DNA of 63,992 nucleotides, the filler included, from Octopus bimaculoides (lineage: Eukaryota): the NCBI RefSeq assembly GCF_001194135.2. It is 5 parts of 4 records of this genome, joined end to end, with 100 filler letters (N's around TTAATTAATTAA, not from the genome) between each part and the next. Parts side by side here need not be neighbours in the genome. Positions count along the whole stretch, not along the records: positions 57,460 to 62,854 come from NC_068981.1; positions 62,955 to 63,992 come from NW_026424474.1; 3 more parts are not named here. The stretch is one strand, 5' to 3'. The notes beneath the pieces were generated by a model that saw only the letters and a program-made list of their open reading frames with translations, had not been told where the DNA came from and made no database searches. Positions within the stretch are counted from its first letter, which is position 1. Each line of letters opens with the position of its first letter. Shown here piece after piece: positions 57,846-63,992 of this stretch. Both the position numbers and the translations under genes were made by a program.

Positions 57846-60490
57846 AATGGTTATAATATAGATATAACTAAATTTAAGTTTCAACGAATGTCTAAATTGC
57901 AGCCAAAAGAGAGAAATAACATGAATTCCATCACTATAAAATAAAGCTATTGAGAGTGGTATTGCAGTCTTGTCAGCTATGATGTTTAAGGCCCATAACC
58001 TTAAACATCGGATATCACAACAAAGTTTATGAACTGTAAAATTAATATAGTTGTTTTGAATGGAGTAGGGCTTACCATAAGCTATAAATGTTATTAGAGT
58101 CTTGAGATCTCTTGTTTTTATGTAGTTGAATATATTGGCATTTTGTCTACAACAGGGCACAGAGCAGATATAATGAAAACTTTTCTTTGTCCTAGACTCT
58201 AGAAGTGTCCAAAATTATGGACCATGAATTATCATAAAACCTGTAGCAGGAATATGAAGCAATTACCCAGTGTTACGTTCACTACAATATTGCCAACATG
58301 ATCAGCTAAAGCTGATCAATCATGACTTTGTGGTGAATAGGCTCCAGCAACAATCTCCTCTGTTGGTGTGCTTCCTTCAGAACCTATCAACCAGTATAAT
58401 TTAGACACATTGTGACTACTAGGCAGAGAGCTTTGGGATACAGCAGAGAGAGTATTGACAAACACTATTGGAGTTGGCCAACAGAGATTGTGGACAGCAG
58501 CTGATAACACAAAGACAATGAACGGTCAGATGAAGTCAGTAGCTGGCAAGTAACTAACAACACTTTATCTGCTGCTACCATTACACCAAGAACAAAAACT
58601 CTTTCCAGGTTTTGTTGTACATTGTAATGACAACATTCATTTTTTGCATACAAAAACAACAAAATTTTGCTTATCAAAAGTCTCAACAGACTCCAGTGTT
58701 CTTCTTTGTACAACTGGTGACCATGTGATCAGCTTGGTGAGTGCACTGGCCTCCTTGGCTTATGCAGTACAGTACATTAAAAATAAATGAGAATTTTCTG
58801 TCAATGTTACACTGACATATTTATTTTTGTTTTGTTTTTATTTTACATATTTATTTTTATTTTTCACATTCCTGGTTTTGCAGATTTTTTCAACATAAAC
58901 TTGTATAGTATTTTATGCACAAGACAGTATTGTGTACGAAAACATCTGATAGTATTATGCAATTTAACTAACATTTTTAATCTTGCATTCACCTTTTTCT
59001 AATGCATGCTTCTTTTATACATTTTACATCTGCAATCGTTGCACTATTCTTATCATTTTGTTCAATTCACCGTGACCAAGAATTTTACTGGTGGAAAGAC
59101 ATACAAAATACAAAATGGATCAAATCCTGTAAAAGCTCATTTTCATTCCTTAATGCATTATGCAATATATTCCTTGAGCAAACATGCAACATAGGGTAGG
59201 GAGGAGATTTTAGTCTTGTAGGAAACAAGGCAAGCTCATTAGAGTTTGTGCCACAATAAAATACACCCAGTCTGTACTGCCTGTAAAGTAGTTTGTGTAT
59301 GAACAAGTGAAGACACTGTGCAATAGAGAAAACTCTACTGCACATTGCCATGAAAACCTCTAGAATGCTTGTCCACTATGAAATGCACACTATACACTGT
59401 AAGTGGTTAGCATTAGGAAGATTAAACTGTAGATTGTGTGTGTAAAATAGAATTTACCAAGGAGACTTGGTACAGGAAGCATTCCAAACAAGAATGCTTC
59501 CTGTTTGTGATGACCTATCCAACCCAAGCCAACATAGAAAGTGGGTGAGTATGTGTGTATGTGCAACTATGGACATGTACGCGTGCGCGCACACACACAC
59601 ACACACACGCATACACACACATGTATATATCATTTAAACCTATATAAATATATATATATATATATTGATCTATGCATAGATATGTTGTGTTGTATGAGTA
59701 TTTAGTTTAGAAATAATACACTTCTAAATCTCTCAGAGAGATTTATGCAGCAGTCTCCCCCTTGTAAACATAAGGACACTGGAAATGTGTCATGGCCGAC
59801 AAGAAGCGGTGCAGCTTCCTAGGTCTAACCAACAGTAGTATCATTTCCTTCAGGGGATTGTCACATTAAGTTGACAGCATACAACTACTTCAAGTATTTA
59901 GTTCTTTGCTTATCTGCAAATATTTCCCCGTGAAATGTAAGGTCATGACCTTTTTATCTGTTTAACTACTTAAGGGACTGGTATCTACTCAAAGCTGACA
60001 CTTTCATTATGTTCAACACACCTTTGTATTATTTCTCATTCTTTTTTCCTGTTTCCCTTTATTCCTTTTGCCATCCCATTCTCTCTCTATTTTGCTCCCT
60101 TTTTCTTTTTTTTTACACCCCTCCTTCTCTCTCTTTCTTTCCCTCCCTCACTTCAGTCTCTCACTAATTTCCTTTCATCATACTTCTAAAAGTTTTACCA
60201 TCTAGTCAACTACAAGCGTTAAAACAATTTGATACAAGTTTTAATTGCTAGCAAGCACACAGCATTTCATTTAACTCCTCTATATGCACTCTACTGCCTG
60301 ATTGTTGACTCTTATAAGTTTCTCCACCCTTTGACAAGTTTTGCTTTCCATCCCACAGGCTGTCCAAATTATCCTCCTCACCAAGCTGTTGGGGTTACCT
60401 GTTTAGTCACTGATGAACTGACCATGTGACAAGTTGCACTGAGTTATATGTTACCAGTAGCACTCAAGAGTGATCTCACATGCACACACG

Positions 60491-60547
<57 letters not shown>

Positions 60548-61338
60548 GGGCTTCTTTCAGTTTCTGTCTACCAATTCTACTCATCCAAATTCAACTGAAG
60601 CTAACCTTTATGCTATGTAGTTGACCAATATATGCTGGAATATCATATTGAGTGATGTTTTATGTTTCAAAAATTGTCAAAAAATCACAGTAATTTCTGA
60701 TAGTGTTTCTACACTCTTTTATATGACTTTTAAAATTCATTATTTAAATGACATCTGGTATTATGTAAATGCATTGTTACACCTTCCAAATTAAAAAAAA
60801 AAAAGCTTCAGAAATCATATGAGAAAGCTGATAGATTATTCACCATTTGCCCTCAAGAAGGAGTTCATGAATTTCTTTTTCTCATATTATGTAGTGTTCT
60901 GTTAGTGATTAGTTGCTCTGAAAGCTCATTTCAAACCAACACTTGACCAGCCTTGAAACACGCCACTAAAAAAACTTTAAGAATATAAACCAACACCCTA
61001 ATAAAGCATTTCAAGGGTCTTAGCAGTAAATTTGCTGTGTTTCATGCAAAGTTTCATGCAGGTTTATTGCTTGAATTTGTAAAAAAATCACCAAGCAGTT
61101 CTAATGCAACAATACAAACCCATGTGTACTGATTAAACATGAGTAGGTGGTATTTACGCAATCCCTCATAGGCAGTTGTCAATGCTTATCAGCCACTCAC
61201 TAATTTCTGATAAGCAGTAAATACAACTACAGCATGAATAGCCTAGAAACACTTCCTGATACATATATGTATATAGACACATATATCGATATACATATAT
61301 GTATACATGTGTGCATGTGCCTGTATATGTGTGTGTGT

Positions 61339-61463
61339 GTGTGGCACTTTTTCACACAGTTAGGGTGTGGCACTTTTTCACACAATTAGGGTGTGGCACT
61401 TTTTCACACAGGGTGTGGCACTTTTTCACACAGATGTGTGTGTATGTGTGGCACTATTTTACA
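61339..61463 (+). repeat. Tandem ~22-26-nt repeat GTGTGGCACTTTTTCACAC(A) x5
   Basis: Direct reading; each unit has a GTGTG/CACAC self-complementary stem. Confidence 0.9.
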
Positions 61464-61946
61464 CAGCTATCCTCATCCATTCTTGCCACATGACCATACC
61501 AGCGCAGTCATCTCTCTTGCACACCACATCTGATGCTTCTTAGGTCCAACTTTTCTCTCAAGGTACTTACACTCTATCGAGTATGCACACTGACATTACA
61601 CATCCAGAGGAGAATACTGGCTTCATTCCTTGCGAGCTTACGCATGTTGTTTTTTCGTACATTCTCCCATATATAATACACGCTCACGTGGTCGCACCAG
61701 CTAATCCTGTCTCCACTCATCACACACGAACTTCTGGATTCTACCTTCTTTCCTTCTGGATCTACTCTTTCTGGACGGTTTGATTCTGAACTTTACACCC
61801 TCCGGCTACACCTCTCCTACCCACGGATTACACTGGACCCATCTTCTGATTGGAAATCGCCTCAATATACCACGACGTCTAAAAAAACTTTTGAACTTTT
61901 GAACTTTTCCACTTTTGTAAACCTCCTTTTCTCCTTGTCTCCGTAT

Positions 61947-61983
61947 TCTTTCTGTTGAAGAGCGTAGCTCGAAACGTCAAAGA
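61947..61983 (+). ncRNA. Candidate minimal type I hammerhead ribozyme with variant core
   Basis: UCUUU-CUGUUGA-A-GAGC(GUA)GCUC-GAAA-CG-UC/AAAGA: 5-bp stem I, 4-bp stem II, palindromic ACGU stem III and a GUC cleavage triplet. The core has U in place of the conserved A6. Confidence 0.5.
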
Positions 61984-62854
61984 CTTTCCGNNNNNNNNNN
62001 NNNNNNNNNNNNNNNNNNNNNNNNNNNNNNNNNNNNNNNNNNNNNNNNNNNNNNNNNNNNNNNNNNNNNNNNNNNNNNNNNNNNNNNNNNNNNNNNNNNN
62101 NNNNNNNNNNNNNNNNNNNNNNNNNNNNNNNNNNNNNNNNNNNNNNNNNNNNNNNNNNNNNNNNNNNNNNNNNNNNNNNNNNNNNNNNNNNNNNNNNNNN
62201 NNNNNNNNNNNNNNNNNNNNNNNNNNNNNNNNNNNNNNNNNNNNNNNNNNNNNNNNNNNNNNNNNNNNNNNNNNNNNNNNNNNNNNNNNNNNNNNNNNNN
62301 NNNNNNNNNNNNNNNNNNNNNNNNNNNNNNNNNNNNNNNNNNNNNNNNNNNNNNNNNNNNNNNNNNNNNNNNNNNNNNNNNNNNNNNNNNNNNNNNNNNN
62401 NNNNNNNNNNNNNNNNNNNNNNNNNNNNNNNNNNNNNNNNNNATAAATAATATATAAATATATGCATATATACATACATATGTGTACATACCTACATATA
62501 TATGTATATATACATGCATATATGGGTATAGGACATCAAAAAAACGTGAACAAAATGAGAAACAAGAACAAAAAAAACAAATCATAGAAAATGAACTTTT
62601 TCGAACAACAAAAGAAGCAAATAGAGAAACAAGACAGGCAACATAGAAAACATTCCCTTCATCATTTGTCCCCTGTTTTATCTACTCCGCGTTTCGAAGG
62701 TAAGGACAAGATGCGACTTCGTTAAAACAGACCTTCCCGCAAAGCAAATTAAATAAAATTTGGGATTTTTTGCGGAGGGTTAAGGTGGTAATAAAAACAG
62801 GACAGTAAGAACAAAACAGTAAAAACAAACTGTGAGGGTTGTTAAGCCATAACT

Positions 62855-62954
62855 NNNNNNNNNNNNNNNNNNNNNNNNNNNNNNNNNNNNNNNNNNNNTT
62901 AATTAATTAANNNNNNNNNNNNNNNNNNNNNNNNNNNNNNNNNNNNNNNNNNNN
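62855..62954. other. Artificial scaffold junction (44 N + TTAATTAATTAA + 44 N)
   Basis: Same construct. Confidence 0.95.
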
Positions 62955-63809
62955 TAAATATATATATAAATATATAAATATATATATAAATAAATATATA
63001 AATAATTAAATAAATATATATAAATAAATAAATATATAAATTAATAAATATATAAATAAAAATAAATATGAGTATATAAATAAATATATATATAAATAAA
63101 TATATATATAAATAAATAAATATAGATATAAATAAACAAATATAAATAAATATCTATATATATAAATAAATATATGTAACTAAATATATATATAAATATA
63201 TAAATAAATAAATATATACATAAATAAATATATAAATAAAAATATTTATAAATAAATAAATATATATATATATATGAAAAAATAAATATATATATAAATA
63301 AATAGATAAATAAATATATATATAAATAAATAAATAAATAAATATATATAAAAAGATATATATATAAATAAATATATATATAAATGAATACAAATTTATA
63401 AATAAATAAATACATATAAAAAATATATAGAAAAATAAATAAATGTATATAAATATACATATATATATATATATATAAATAAATATCTAAATGAATATAT
63501 AAATAAATAAATATATATATATGAATAAATAAATATATAAATAAATATATATATATAAGAATGAATAAATAAATATATATATAAATAAATATGAGAATAA
63601 ATAAATAAATATATATATAAATAAATAAATATATATATAAATATACAAATAAATAAATATATAAATAAAAATATATATAAATAAATAAATATATATATAT
63701 TTGACTAAATAAATATATATATAAATAAGTAGATAAATAAATATATATATAAATAAGTAGATAAATAAATATATAATTCAATATATATATAAATAAATAA
63801 ATGTATATA

Positions 63810-63841
<32 letters not shown>

Positions 63842-63992
63842 AATAAATAAATATATAATTAAATACATATATAAATTAATATATATATATATATAAATAT
63901 ATATATATAAATAAACAAATATATAAATAAATAAATATAAATAATATCTATATATATAAATATATGAATAAATATATTTATAAATGAATAAA
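62955..63992. repeat. Very AT-rich low-complexity satellite (ATAA/AT units)
   Basis: More than 1 kb almost devoid of G and C. Confidence 0.97.

Noticed and set aside
58260-58740. Complex, coding-looking sequence with short ORFs on both strands, considered as the next FHAD1-like exon or a second gene
   Set aside because: No frame stays open with matching splice sites, and I recognised no homology.
61339-61463. CRISPR-like palindromic repeats
   Set aside because: No unique spacers, eukaryotic context and no cas genes; kept only as a minisatellite.
62640-62735. Minus-strand TGATGAAGG and TTCGAAACGCG as a second hammerhead
   Set aside because: There is no NUH triplet after stem III and no consistent stem I or II pairing.
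4246-63868. Many long ORFs in the track (poly-YI, VC, MYVC, HT, LS, X-runs; for example 63041-63868 and 33517-34035)
   Set aside because: They are translations of microsatellites or N gaps, with no coding signal.

Overview
AT-rich, microsatellite- and retroposon-dense eukaryotic draft scaffold with many N gaps. The repeat families and composition suggest a cephalopod, probably Octopus (inference). Most six-frame ORFs are microsatellite or N artefacts. Two real spliced genes are partly present. (1) On the minus strand, a vesicular monoamine transporter (VMAT/SLC18A) with three splice-consistent exons at 40897-40486, 36544-36486 and 19766-19674. Its first coding exon, the expected ~84-nt exon between the last two, and all later exons are not visible. 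(2) On the plus strand, a coiled-coil protein resembling the C-terminal third of FHAD1, with 6-7 phase-compatible exons from 46946 to 56606; its 5' and 3' exons are absent. Both genes lose continuity at 100-nt artificial gaps (44 N + TTAATTAATTAA + 44 N), so the divergent or nested arrangement may be a scaffolding product. The rest is decayed RLE-type (R4/Dong-like), L1/Tx1-like and RTE LINEs, two abundant SINE families, three Tc1/mariner remnants, a rearranged Helitron fragment and simple repeats. The best leads are a minimal hammerhead-ribozyme fold with a variant core at 61947-61983, inverted SINEs bracketing a 55-nt exon, ETS/E-box motifs in VMAT introns, and the gene architecture itself. 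I found no clearly novel multi-gene system. Repeat boundaries are approximate, and comparisons with human proteins are from memory and need database confirmation.
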